Shown here piece by piece: positions 51,901 to 60,829 of a stretch of 64,000 nucleotides of DNA. The first letter of the stretch is position 1; every line of letters starts with the position of its first letter. The stretch lies in contig NC_043010.1 in NCBI RefSeq assembly GCF_006345805.1, positions 55,800,001-55,864,000 on the forward strand, written 5' to 3'. Below the pieces are notes generated by a model. The model was not told where the DNA came from. It ran no database searches and saw nothing but the letters and a program-made list of their open reading frames with translations. The position numbers were made by a program, and so were the translations under genes. This stretch comes from Octopus sinensis. Its lineage: Eukaryota.

Positions 51901-54708
51901 GACAGATTTAGGGTTAAGGTTTAGCTTTAGAAATAGGATTGCATTTAAAGAAAGGATTTGTGCTACAGTTTGGCTAAGGATTAAGGTTAATGTTTGGATT
52001 AGGGTTAATATTAGTTCTAAGGTTAGGGTAGATTTCAATAAACAATAATGATTAACGCTTATTTCTGTTTCAGCTGTGTAAAGGCTCCCTGGGTCTGGCT
52101 ACAGTTTTTCAGATGAAAAACAACACAAAAGAATCTGAAAAATTGTTGCTCCGATCTCTAGAGTTAGCATCTGAAGTGTTTGGTCCCAAACATCATTATG
52201 TAGCAGCCATAATTGATAAGGTAAACTTTTCTCCTTTCTCTCTCTCTCCTATCTTCATCCCTTTCTCTCACACTTTGACAGCCTCCTCCTTTTCCCTATG
52301 TGGTTGCCATCCACATAAGTGATCGTTTGAACTCACCACTTACCAACCTATTTTCCTATCTATCCAGATTGCTCACACTTTGTAAATTCCCTCCAAGACT
52401 AACTCTCTCACCTCTACTACATACACATAAATGCTTAATCTCTGGTTGCCTCAAACCAACGAAGTTCCTCTCCATGGCAAGGTCAGCTTCAATTAATCTA
52501 ACATTACATCTGGCTAAATCCTCGTTAATATATGAAATGTCATTCACAAAAATGTTCCAACACAAAGCTCTCAGCTTTGAATTGTGTGATCCATAATAAT
52601 GGCCAGTGCTATATGTTGACTTCTGAAAGTAATCCAATAAAAATTAAAAAGGTAAGGTCAAATATACTGCATGATCTTTCAGTCTCTGAGGGGTCAGTCC
52701 TATCAATCTTTGACTTTTTCACCTTTCATTAGAAATTCTGTTATCTGTTTTTCTTCAAAATCTCTAGGGATAATTAAAGTAATACAGAATAACAGAGACA
52801 ATTTTTCTTTTACCTCTTCTATTTTAGCTTGGTCAACTCTGTTTCCAGCAGGGTCAACTGGATAAGGCTCTCTGTTATTTCCTCCAAGATTTCAGATTGA
52901 CCTACAATAATGCAGGCTGGAATTATCCACGACTAGCTGAGATCCTTAACAATGTGGCATTGGTCTATGATGAAAAAAACCTTGAGGAGTGTGTAACACT
53001 GTACGAGTGTGCTTTGGCCATTATGTTGAACGTGTACGGGATTCAACACGTGGACACTGCAATGATAAGGTGAGCAACTTATTTGAATCTGACTTTTGAC
53101 CAGAGAAGTTATTGATGCACTGGCTTCTGTCTGTAGCTGCTGTTGTTGTTTAGCACCAAGTTCTGAGGGAACAAGCAAGCAATGAGGAAAAGTGTTCTAT
53201 CCATGACCAACCTGACTTTTATTCAGATGTAGTTTCTTATAGAATTATACTGTTATTAATATTAGCGACTATAGTTGTTGTTGAGCAGATGTGTCATGTA
53301 GAAGTTTCAGCCATGGCACTCCTGTCTTGTGTGTGTGTGTGTGTGTGTGGTGTGTGTGTGTGTGTTAGGTGATGAAGGCAACTGAAGAGCGATAAGTTTT
53401 AACAAATGTTGTATTAGTGTAATGCTTAAAAAAAAAGGAAAATATCCTGACGTTTCAGAAGCCAGTCCTTCATCAAGAAAATAAAAGAATGAGGAAAAGT
53501 GACGGTAAAAATAAAAAGAATGAGAGAAGGTGGTTGTGTGTGTCTGTGTGTGCAGGTGTGTGTCTGTGTGTGCTAAATAATTCCTTCTCAGATTTGATCC
53601 ACAACATCTATGAACAAAGGGGGTCCAACTATGACCATCTCTTCTTCATTCATGTATAGGGTATTTAGGGTTACATTATCTAAAGTATAGTACAATAGTT
53701 AGCATTAGTGGCTGTAGTTAAGCCCCAAGTCAGGTTTGACCCAGCAGAACTAGGGTAAGATTTCAACTTCCACTAACCCTTAAATTGACTTCATCTTTTA
53801 TTATTACGAATCAATAAAAAGTTCCACTCCAGAGTGAAGGATTAGTAGAAATGTAATAATCTCAAATCTGAAGACTCATATTGCCTCTTCCAGTTCTCTG
53901 TGTTTTGGGTTCAAATCCTGCAATGACCTACTTGGGTGATAGATTTAATTCATTGTCACTATTTGGCCCCGTAAGTATCAAGCGGTGGAGTTCTCTTTGT
54001 TGCAAGCATTTGAGTTAGATTTCCAGCTTGAGAATATCATCTTCCCTTTCTCTGACCAGCTTCAAAACTGTGTAAAGGGCCATGGGCAACGCCTTCTCTC
54101 CTAACTGAGAAATAGAAAAAATACTAGCAATTTGGTAGCTGTTTCTAGCAGGTCAAGTAACTGTGTAGGTATATCACATTAGCTCAGGGGAGAAATGTGG
54201 TCACATGACTCAAGGAACAGGGTTCCATTTACAAGAGGAAGCAGATATTTGTTATAGATTACATTAACATCTGTAATATGCAATATACAAATGTGTTCTT
54301 TGCTAAATAACTGTAGCAGATGCTGCACACACAGACACATACACACCTGCAATCATATCAGTAAAGTTTCAGTGTATGTGTGTACACTGTGTACACACAG
54401 GAACATACATTCACATGCCTGAAGTAGAGCAAAATTGCTCCAAGAATTTCTATTCCAACAGAAGCTCAGTTTTGTGTTTTCTCTGCTCCTCCTATTTCAA
54501 TTATATTATATTTTACTTTTCTTTATTTTCCCAACTCAGGTACAATCTAGGAACAGTTTATTTTGCTTCTAACCATTTTGCCAGAGCAAAATACCAGTGG
54601 CAAGAAGCGGTGAAGGTTTTTGAGTGTCTTCTTGGAGTTGAACATCGCAACACAATTGCAGCAGCTGATGCCGTCAGGGAGGTGACTGTTTTGGTGAACT
54701 CAAATTAG
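6710..54708 (+). CDS. Multi-exon DUF4062-STAND(NACHT-like)-TPR protein, 5'-partial; join(6710..6880,10125..10235,10761..10889,16383..16575,20072..20201,20577..20752,23575..23657,34493..34687,36010..36152,39038..39122,42114..42311,42828..42965,43630..43772,49083..49206,51242..51361,52074..52220,52828..53069,54540..54708)
   Basis: 18 exons with AG/GT ends and matching phases, sum 2697 nt (898 aa + TAG). DUF4062-like IERCRPYFISLMGEKFGW...SVTQLEIQHA; Walker A GESGCGKS; Walker B VLVFDALNHL; NPLFLRALLDE; TPR_12-like repeats (LELASEVFGPKHHYVA, NVYGIQHVDTA, LLGVEHRNT). Architecture resembles NPHP3/TEP1/DDB_G0287407-type proteins; orthology not established. Confidence 0.9.
7736..7781 (-). ncRNA. Minimal type I hammerhead ribozyme motif (G5>C)
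   Basis: GACAC-CTCATGA-AGGCT...CAACC-GAA-ACGT-T-GTTTT on the minus strand. Confidence 0.7.
7855..8147 (+). mobile_element. 5'-truncated RTE LINE 3' tail with (GAT)n
   Basis: Matches 27830-28140; TSD AGGTCA at 7849-7854 and 8148-8153. Confidence 0.9.
8217..8262 (+). ncRNA. Minimal type I hammerhead ribozyme motif (G12>A, stem III G>A)
   Basis: AACAC-CTGATGA-A-GGCTG-ggggg tatat-CAGCC-AAA-ACAT-T-GTGTT; perfect stem I AACAC/GTGTT and stem II GGCTG/CAGCC. Confidence 0.75.
8365..8548 (+). mobile_element. RTE LINE 3' tail
   Basis: ggagtggttggcgttaggaagggcatccag...gatgatgatg. Confidence 0.85.
8760..9455 (+). mobile_element. DD37D (maT-type) Tc1/mariner transposase remnant
   Basis: IMVYGVISSDG; WQQ[V]SAPCHTS...WPPNSPECNLLD with 37 residues between the second catalytic position (D>V) and the third D; frameshifted. 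Confidence 0.8.
10125..10235 (+). CDS. Exon 2, phase 0-0
   Basis: cttcag|CTTGAA...TACAAA|gttggt; LEIQHAVLNDVINSKERSFFYLRD...; donor weaker. Confidence 0.8.
10761..10889 (+). CDS. Exon 3, phase 0-0
   Basis: ttacag|GTAAAC...AAAAAG|gtaaga; VNLPESEWHKERQQSLKNLI... Confidence 0.85.
11195..11490 (+). mobile_element. tRNA-derived SINE family B
   Basis: A-box-like TGGCCCAGTAGTT, B-box-like GTTTCAATTCCC; reverse copy at ~59935-60055. Confidence 0.75.
12190..12930 (+). mobile_element. RLE-type (R2/R4/NeSL group) LINE 3' fragment
   Basis: Degenerate CCHC knuckle (KCR...ISSCLKMS) then HNKSDIILW...MIEVSFP...FIPVIISAF...LEKLGF...KICKT. Confidence 0.75.
13430..13920. repeat. Low-complexity (CT)n/(ACC/ATC)n tract
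   Basis: Direct reading. Confidence 0.8.
16383..16575 (+). CDS. Exon 4, start of NTPase domain, phase 0-1
   Basis: ttgtag|GACATT...TCTG|gtaaga; QAHQAFADVRRRVYVGG...PIVILGES. Confidence 0.9.
17235..18125 (+). mobile_element. SINE family D split by an RTE tail insertion
   Basis: gtggctgtgtggtaagtagcttgcttacc head 17235-17400; 3' half resumes after ~17970. Confidence 0.75.
17408..17970 (-). mobile_element. RTE LINE 3' UTR fragment with internal ~125-bp duplication
   Basis: (CAT)n at left end; 17636-17765 repeated at 17825-17970. Confidence 0.9.
18584..19100. mobile_element. Internally deleted hAT (Charlie/Buster-like) element
   Basis: Ends CAGAGGTT.../...TACCCCTG; 8-bp flanks GTTTAAAT/ATCTAAAT (6/8); minus-strand remnant resembling a hAT C-terminal dimerisation region. 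Confidence 0.55.
20072..20201 (+). CDS. Exon 5, completes Walker A, phase 1-2
   Basis: ttgtag|GTTGTGGTAAA...CACAG|gtaaat; GCGKSSLLANW...LHFIGSSPES. Confidence 0.9.
20577..20752 (+). CDS. Exon 6, Walker B, phase 2-1
   Basis: ttttag|ATTATAT...ACAG|gtgaga; RLYEELK...CVLVFDALNHLD. Confidence 0.9.
21165..22345 (+). mobile_element. 5'-truncated RTE LINE (RT C-terminus + 3' UTR + (GAT)n)
   Basis: GEKLEVVDLFLYLGDQV...RIRIAWAKFRKLLPLL; paralogous to 26935-28140. Confidence 0.9.
23575..23657 (+). CDS. Exon 7, phase 1-0
   Basis: ttccag|GTGCAC...GGAAAA|gtaaat; DLSWIPLLNSSKNVNILLSTLPGK. Confidence 0.85.
24340..28140 (+). mobile_element. Near full-length RTE-clade LINE (APE endonuclease + RT), disrupted
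   Basis: LRVGTLNIGTL...CIQEVRWRG, GDFNGHVG, HRLVVSDF; GKAPGPSGI, QFGFVPGKSTTDAIF, FVDMEKAFDRV, LLYTND (YADD variant); Cys-rich motif; (GAT)n tail; several stops and frameshifts; 5' boundary uncertain. Confidence 0.95.
28142..30365. repeat. 2.2-kb imperfect foldback palindrome (arms ~28142-29150 and ~29385-30365)
   Basis: Outer 34 bp match at 33/34 (TAAATATATGTCCWGTCATAGAGTGACCAATGGT); similarity continues ~1 kb inward. Confidence 0.9.
31670..32961 (-). mobile_element. mariner transposon, 1292 bp, transposase pseudogene (~32775..31745)
   Basis: 27-bp TIRs TATTGGGTAATCCCATAAATAATGTGC / CCACATTATTTATGGGATGACCCAATA, TA flanks; MEVTKEHIRH, WVPHKL, HPPYSLDIAPSDYHLF. Confidence 0.95.
33780..34230 (+). 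mobile_element. Highly decayed CR1/L2/Jockey-type RT fragment
   Basis: VALDTIWYVNLL...IAQGSILPRTL...HFCADYITLRSS (YADD remnant). Confidence 0.45.
34493..34687 (+). CDS. Exon 8, phase 0-0
   Basis: ttgtag|GTTTGT...GATGAA|gtaagt; IEPLTLKQK...YGKTLSSEQ...NPLFLRALLDE. Confidence 0.9.
36010..36152 (+). CDS. Exon 9, phase 0-2
   Basis: ttacag|ATTCGT...GACAC|gtgagt; IRIYGAFSTL...DLFCMILARLEKDF. Confidence 0.85.
36265..36470 (+). mobile_element. Solo Penelope-type pseudo-LTR
   Basis: Pyrimidine-rich ~200 bp between microsatellites carrying a hammerhead motif, same layout as 1620-1790. Confidence 0.6.
36335..36369 (+). ncRNA. Minimal type I hammerhead motif (U4>C, stem III G>A)
   Basis: GTTT-CCGAAGA-A-GAGC-tcc-GCTC-GAA-ACAT-T-AAAC; stems I and II perfectly paired. 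Confidence 0.7.
36497..36845 (-). mobile_element. RTE LINE 3' tail
   Basis: (CAT)n then reverse complement of the 27830-28140 tail; ~55-bp internal repeats. Confidence 0.9.
37483..38975 (+). mobile_element. Tc1 (DD34E-type) transposon, transposase pseudogene ~37777..38745
   Basis: MAPKGKQLSEDLK, SVMFWGCMSAAGVG, FQHDNDPKHTS, WPTMSPDLN (PIE lost), GHTKY*; right end GTGAGATATTG|TA, left end TA|CAATATC partly decayed. Confidence 0.85.
39038..39122 (+). CDS. Exon 10, phase 2-0
   Basis: tttaag|GTGCAAC...GTCAAC|gtgagt; VVRETTSAIWCSRKGMSEDEL. Confidence 0.85.
39840..41937 (+). mobile_element. Second RTE (BovB-like) LINE family, 5'-truncated, degenerate
   Basis: GNYRGIALLSAAGKV, FIDLTKAF, GVKQGDILAP, DFLYADDC, YSCETW, WTGHLFRM; (CAT)n tail at ~41925. 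Confidence 0.9.
42114..42311 (+). CDS. Exon 11, winged-helix-like region, phase 0-0
   Basis: tcacag|ATTCCC...CGCGTA|gtgagt; WSPVYLSL...GIYNFFHDYLRQAVEVRFL. Confidence 0.9.
42828..42965 (+). CDS. Exon 12, phase 0-0
   Basis: catcag|GCTGAA...AAACTG|gtaagt; AEELPFLL...LKETLSDL...DLIHYWKL. Confidence 0.9.
43630..43772 (+). CDS. Exon 13, phase 0-2
   Basis: tcctag|TTTGAT...GCCAA|gtaagg; open frame FDDFNEVSKVYKEQL... Confidence 0.85.
44000..44620 (+). mobile_element. Tx1/L1-like LINE fragment (pre-RT region)
   Basis: FQQHFAEL...LDVYVDGLP...ISANEV...KSSELDGVLY...DLF...SWQQ. Confidence 0.6.
47380..48060 (-). mobile_element. RLE-type (R4/Dong-like) LINE 3' fragment
   Basis: THIVSTCESL knuckle, DFDFQTDK..RPDIV, VAVPGD...KERKKVDKYGDL...IPVVIGALGS. 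Confidence 0.85.
48060..49030 (+). mobile_element. Head-to-tail array of about 5 SINE family A copies separated by (ATT)n
   Basis: Repeated gactttgcctttcatcctttcggggtcgat...aagtaccagt core. Confidence 0.85.
49083..49206 (+). CDS. Exon 14, phase 2-0
   Basis: tggcag|GAAACTC...ATTGAG|gtaagt. Confidence 0.8.
51242..51361 (+). CDS. Exon 15, TPR, phase 0-0
   Basis: tctcag|CTGCTC...CTTCAG|gtcttg; LASVCTEQNDLEQAETYYRELL. Confidence 0.8.
51780..52030 (+). repeat. Degenerate TTAGGG-like tract
   Basis: Many TTAGG/TTAGGG/TTAAGG variants at roughly 6-bp spacing. Confidence 0.55.
52074..52220 (+). CDS. Exon 16, TPR, phase 0-0
   Basis: tttcag|CTGTGT...GATAAG|gtaaac. Confidence 0.9.
52828..53069 (+). CDS. 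Exon 17, two TPRs, phase 0-2
   Basis: ttttag|CTTGGT...ATAAG|gtgagc; LGQLCFQQGQLDKA...LAEILNNVALVY. Confidence 0.9.
53445..53480 (-). ncRNA. Degenerate minimal hammerhead motif (C3>T), canonical GUC site
   Basis: Minus strand: TTTC-TTGATGA-AGGACTGGCTTCT-GAA-ACGT-C-AGGA. Confidence 0.5.
54540..54708 (+). CDS. Terminal exon 18, TPR + stop
   Basis: actcag|GTACAAT...AATTAG; YNLGTVYF...GVEHRNT. Confidence 0.9.
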
Positions 54709-54714
54709 ATTTGG

Positions 54715-54720
54715 AATAAA
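54715..54720 (+). promoter_or_regulatory. Candidate polyadenylation signal AATAAA
   Basis: AATAAA 6 nt after the stop codon; usage unverified. Confidence 0.45.
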
Positions 54721-56364
54721 GCACAGAAGCTTCCAGAAGGCTGGACTTATTGAGTCAAAAATTATCAGAATGATATCACTCAAGAAATTGTGTAAATATA
54801 AATGTAATAACATACTAGGATTGTTTATTTATTTGGTTTGGAGAATAGAATTCAGCACGCACATGCGCACATGCACACGCACACACACACACACACACAC
54901 AAAAACATTAGAGAGTTGCAATTGTTTGAAAAATGACTGGCCCTGAAACTAAATGCTGAAATCTTTACTGCACAAAACAGCCATTTTAACCTTTTAAAAA
55001 CACACTGAAACTGTTCTATTTCCTTCACAATAATTTATTAATAGGATAGTCTATTAAGAAATATCAGAAAAGTTTTGTTGACCTTCTGACCTGGTCACTG
55101 AATTAATTCCACTGCATCTGTTGAAACTCAATTAATCAAATTTCTAAACTGCAACGGTTTCTTTCATTCACTTCTTCATTTTTCTTTCTTTAATTACAAC
55201 AGTTTTTGTCATTTGTGCTTTTGTTTCTGAGTGGATTTATATATACATTTGTTCTTTTCAATTGAACTTTGAACTTGTGAGTAAATTATTTCCTTCAGGA
55301 TGAGTTTTCCACTTTTCCTTTCATCCTCCACCACTCATTCTAATTTGCTATTTGTATAGTAGATATATATATGTATGTGTGTATGTGTGTGTATATATAT
55401 ATATGTGTGTGTGTGTGTGTATGTGTCTTTTATCTACCTAAGTAACTTCTCCTTACACATAGAAAAGTGAACAGCTCCAACAAGATGAACAGAGCCATAT
55501 ACCTGCCGTGACTTGGGTGGCTGTGATTGCCATTACACCAAGTGGACCTGAACATTTTTGATCATTAAATTAGAAGCTTTAATATCTGTACAAGCAAGAA
55601 AGCAAAAACAAGATTGTTTTGATTCACTTGGTGTTCTAAGGAGTTGTAGAACGACCGTGTGAAGGGGAAGTGATAAAGAATGGCTCCTTTAGTACATCAC
55701 ATGGTCAATTACAATAAATACGGAAAAGGATAAATGAGTACAAGTGCCAGAAAGGAAAGAAAGAGACACAGCCGATAGAATATTTAAGAGAAAGATATTA
55801 TTGATGGGTTAAGGTGTGTCTGTGTATGTGTCAAGTACATAATAATAATAATAATAATAATAGACAGGCCATCAAGTATACAAAGTGTATGTGTGTGCGA
55901 TAAGTACAGAGCATTGAAAGAGTCTATAATAGGACGCTAGAAGAATGTTCAGACACAAGGAAGGTAAATACCGGTTCGTAGTAAGGTACACAATAGTTGA
56001 AGTGCTGTAACAAGAAGTTGAGGTGAAAAAGCAAAGCTGGTTGAGGCACATGTCATGTAAGAAGTTGTGGCTACTATGCCGCTCACGTGATACAGGAAGA
56101 TCTCGCAGGTTGTATTTGGTGTTAATTATGGTGAAGTAATTCATGAACAGTGTTGAGATAGAACCTGGGTGTACGTAGAGAAATGTTGTTGACATTAAGA
56201 TGAAGGCGACAGAAATGGAGGTCCTGATGCTGCTGGACGAAGTGTTGATGTTTCTCCATGTGGCTGCTGGTGTTGTCGCTGGAACTGGCTGTGTGCTCTG
56301 TGGTCAGTAGTTAGACCTTAGAAAGTCTAGAACCAAAAGACTTCAACTCGATGAATCGCTGAAG

Positions 56365-56501
56365 TTTTATAGCAAGCTATGCGTGCAAATGGAGATTTAG
56401 AAAAGACTGTGTCACGGGACCTTACCAGAAGGCTGCGATTGGTTGGGTTGCACATTAGCATGTAGTAGAGCAAGAGACAAATTGCGCCAATACCAACCAA
56501 T
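56365..56501 (-). promoter_or_regulatory. Promoter-like cluster: TATAAAA, octamer-like ATTTGCAC, CCAAT boxes
   Basis: Minus-strand TATAAAA 56365-56371, ATTTGCAC 56383-56390, CCAAT 56438-56442; plus-strand CCAAT at 56487 and 56497. Confidence 0.45.
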
Positions 56502-57654
56502 CAGAGTAATGGACACAACTGGCTCCAAGCGGCCAAAGGCTAGTTGTTATCTACTACGTCCGTACTTGTGTATATATAATAGAACAAGAGAATCTGCTAC
56601 AGAGTATTTTATGAGCTATAATCAATTTATCTATAGCTTCATTTGTATTGGAGCAGCAGCTTAAGAATACAAGTCTTGAAATTACTCAGTGCTTGAAGCA
56701 AATCAAAACCTATATTATCATATTTATTGATAGTAGTTCTCATGGGTTGGGTGAACATTTGAAGATGTTCACAGTACAATGACAACAATTTAATACATAG
56801 TGCTACAGAAATTAATAAAATGGTTTCTGTATATTCTTTAATGGATAATATGACTGTTGCTATGATGTAACAGCTATATACATACACATTCACACAGATA
56901 TTAATATGTGTACAGAAAAATTATTTAATACACTGTGGAGTGAACAATTTAAAAGTAAACAGTGATTCAATGAATTACTTCGTTTCACACAAACGTAAAT
57001 TACATGAAACCCTGCTCCAGCAGATTCATGATCAAAGGCACTCTATACATGACCATCTCATCTTTTATTCAGTCAAACTTTTATACAATCTGTACTTCTT
57101 ATTTTAAGAAGGTGTGTTGTGATTTAACAAGTTATTGCTAGCAGGCCACGTGGCCAAGGAGAATTTCCCCCATTGGCTTCATTAATTTACAGCCAATTTT
57201 GCAACAAGATTACAATTCACATTTGTTCCTCTTTTTGTCTAAACACTGAAATCTGAGCGAGTGATCAGTTTCTCGGTTTCGTCCACCAGTAATACTTGTC
57301 AGCCCAATATGGCATTCCCCTTTCTTCCACAGGAACCAAACAATAAAATTATTTAACCCAAAATTGAGCCTACATCACAGACTTGATCAACCATTAACTT
57401 GTTGCTGATTGAATCAATGAGGGAAACCCCTATATAGTCATACAACCTGCTAAAAATAACCACCAAATATATCTCAAACCACAGCTTATCATGTGTTGGG
57501 AAAGGACACATTGGATGATGTAATTCTACATGAATCAGTTAATCAGAGGATTATCACAGCTTGAATATGTTTCAGTATATACCTGCTGCATCAAAGCTGA
57601 GATAAGGATAAAAAAATAACATCCTTTCTTTGGTCAGAGAATACACACACACAC

Positions 57655-57694
<40 letters not shown>

Positions 57695-58609
57695 GCACAA
57701 ATGCATGGACAGCCAGATGTGTATATAGGTGCATGCATGTATGTGGATGTATACATGTGCATATGCATGTATTATGTAGGTATGTTTTCTTCAAGTTTTA
57801 TCTAAGTTCTGAAGAGAGTTCAAGCCAGTGGATAACAAAGTGACAAGACTTTTTGAGGTAAGAAAGTTCTTGCTGTTTATATATATTTGCTTGAGTTGGT
57901 TGAGCTGCAGATGCACATGCTAGCATGTATGCATTAATTCATCAAAAGAATCCCAGGTGGAAAATCTTTGCAATGTCTTAGAAATCTTCACTGCACTGCT
58001 AATAGATCTCTTTGAAAACCTAGTATTTCTAGGTTTTTCTATAAATTTGTAGGTACATTGCCTGACGCACCTACACAATGTAACTACAAATTTATATATA
58101 CAGTATATACAGGCATTAATAGTGGTTTCAAATTTTGGCACAAGGCCAGGAATTTGGGGAGGGGCAAGTAGATTACATTGACCCTAATGCTCAACCAGTT
58201 CTTATTCTATTGACCCTGAAAGGATGAAAGGCAAAGTCAACCACGGCATAGTTTGAACTCAGAATGTAAAGATGAACAAAATGCCACTAAGCATTTCGCC
58301 TGGCATACTAATGAGTCTACCAGCTCTCTGCCATAATTAGTATTATATATCAATTACTTCAAAATGGTGATGTTTCAATTTCTCATTCAATCTCATCAGT
58401 GTTGAAAGAGCTGTAGAAATAGTAGTCTTTTAAATACAATGTTGCTCTATTGAATGCTGTTTATGGTGAGATAGTAAAGCTAGTAGTGTACCAAAAGTTA
58501 TTATTCAAAGATTCAATTTTCCTTCCAACAAAGTTGGAATTGCTGGTAAATAAATATTGATTTTTGTATAAACACACATATCCCTGCATGCATTTTCTGT
58601 ATGTAATAC

Positions 58610-59420
58610 ATCATCATCATCACCATCATTTAATGTTTGCTTTCCATGTTGGCATGGGTTAGACAGTTTGACTAGAACTGGTAAACCAGAGAGCTGCACC
58701 TGGTTCCAGTCTGATTTGAGATGGTTTCTACGGTTGGATGCCCTTCCTAATGCCAACCACTCCAGAGTGTGTAATGACTTTCCTTTTTACATGCCACAGG
58801 CACAGGTGCCACCACTATGGTTTTCATTTGGGTTGACAAGCCTTCTCAAGCCCAGCGTATCACCAAAGGTCACTTGCCTTGGTGAGATTCAACATTCAGA
58901 GATCATGCTTCACTACCTCATCCCTCGCCTCCTTGAGGCCCAACATTCGAAGATCATGCTATCAGCAATGGCCTCGATCATGAGTTCATGGGTGTCATTT
59001 ACATGACTCTGGCAATGGTGATGACTACAATTCCACTTGGCTTGATGAGTCTTCTCAAGCACAACACATCAACAAAGGTCTCGGTCACAAGTCATCACCT
59101 CCATGAGGCCCAACATTCAAAGATCATGCTTCACCATCTCGTCTTCCTGGGTTTACCTCTTCCTCAGATTCCCTCCACAGTTAAAGATCAACACTTTTTT
59201 TACACATCTGTTCTTGTTCATAAAGCAACACATGACCAAACCAGTGCATTCAGCCCTCTTGCACACCACATGTGATGCTTCTAATGCCCAGTTTCACTCT
59301 CAACACACTCTCTGTCACACATGCACACTGATATTGTACATCCAGTGTAGTATTCTGGTTTCACTGCATTCAAATTTTCACATGTCCTCTGCAGTCACAG
59401 CCCACATTTGCGAACATGTC
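58610..59420 (-). mobile_element. 5'-truncated RTE LINE with internal duplications
   Basis: (CAT)n tail at left; WAVTAEDM...WMYNISVH...WFGHV on minus; gaggcccaacattc repeated. Confidence 0.8.
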
Positions 59421-59689
59421 CTCTGCAAACTCGATTTTTCAAGAAGTTTGAAGCGTTTTCATCAACACCTCCACCCATCTCCCCAAAAATCCGGGGAGCT
59501 GCGCTTGCACCCACTGGTAGTGCGATTGCATTGTGGTTGGTACAAAAAGAAAAGGTGGGAAAAGACAGCATGGAAGCATGCACACAGACGAAACGAACGA
59601 TGCCTGCTTGTGAGTGTAGGTTATGAATGAGAGATACACAAGGTGAACGCCAGAAAGTTGAACACTGCTTTCTTGCAAGATTTATATAC

Positions 59690-60055
59690 GGAGTGGTCAT
59701 TGTCGAGGCACTCCGTCGGTTACAACGATGAGGGTTCCAGTTGATCCGATCAAAGGAACAACCTGCTCGTAAAATTAACGTGCAAATAGCTGAGCACGCC
59801 ACAGACACGTGTACCCTTAACGTAGTTCTCAGGGAGAATCAGCGTGACACAGAGTGTGACAAGGCCGGCCCTTTGAAATACAGGTACAACAGAAACAGGA
59901 AGAAAGAGTGAGAGAAAGTTGTGGTGAAAGAGTACACCCCACTACCGAAGCCTCGTGGAGCTTTAGGTTTTTTTTATCAATAAACACTCACAATGCCTGG
60001 TCTGGGAATCGAAACTGCGAGTCCGGTGCCCTAATCACTGGGCCATTGCGCCTCC
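59690..60055. mobile_element. Composite SINE fragments (+ family C, - family B)
   Basis: cactccgtcggttac...gacaaggccggccctttgaa, then reverse complement of the 11195 element head. Confidence 0.6.
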
Positions 60056-60829
60056 TATACGTGGTAATACATGTTTGACATGAAATTTGAAGGTCGAAAA
60101 CTACAGTTAACAAAACAAATAAAAATAAACAGCAATTGTTACGTCTATACATTTGCAGGTGTACCGTGTGTATACACAAATGTATGGCAAGTGTACGATA
60201 GACTACAAAATAAGAAATTACTGATATTTGGCTTCCTGTTATACAACTAACTTTCTTGTAATAAAGTGTGATTACAAAATACATTCAACATGTTTATTAT
60301 GACTGACACATGCGGGCGAAAAGTACAGAATAAGGAGGGGGGACACTTTCACCCATGGATATACAATTATCTATACATCATTATATGTCTCAGGTTAATG
60401 TAAGGAAAATAATTAGATATATTTAAATTATCATACAAAGACTTTGTCGGTTCACCATTCTAGAAGCAGCAGAAAATTGACCCCACTGGTACAAAGCCAC
60501 GTTCGTAGTAACATGAAATAACTAAAGAAGAACATTCAAGGATGGCAGCGGGTTTTCTGAGATATAGACGGACACAAAAAGGGACCTCACCCCTTTTTCT
60601 GAAAACATAATAACCTCAATCCCAGATACAACCCGGAAGTGAATCACTTCCGACAAGCTGTGGAAACAATTACTAAATAGTAATACAGTAGACTTATCGT
60701 CGGAGTTAACACTCTGCCCTCATAAACCATGAGGTAATTTACTGAATAATGCAAATGGAAATATGTATATTGACTCCAAAGATAATAAACACACTGCAAC
60801 GGTACAACTATTTACTCAGATGCTCGCCA

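Noticed and set aside
6710-54708. Assigning symbol NPHP3, TEP1 or NWD1
   Set aside because: Shared domains only; no WD40/TROVE seen and the N-terminus is missing, so orthology cannot be shown without phylogeny.
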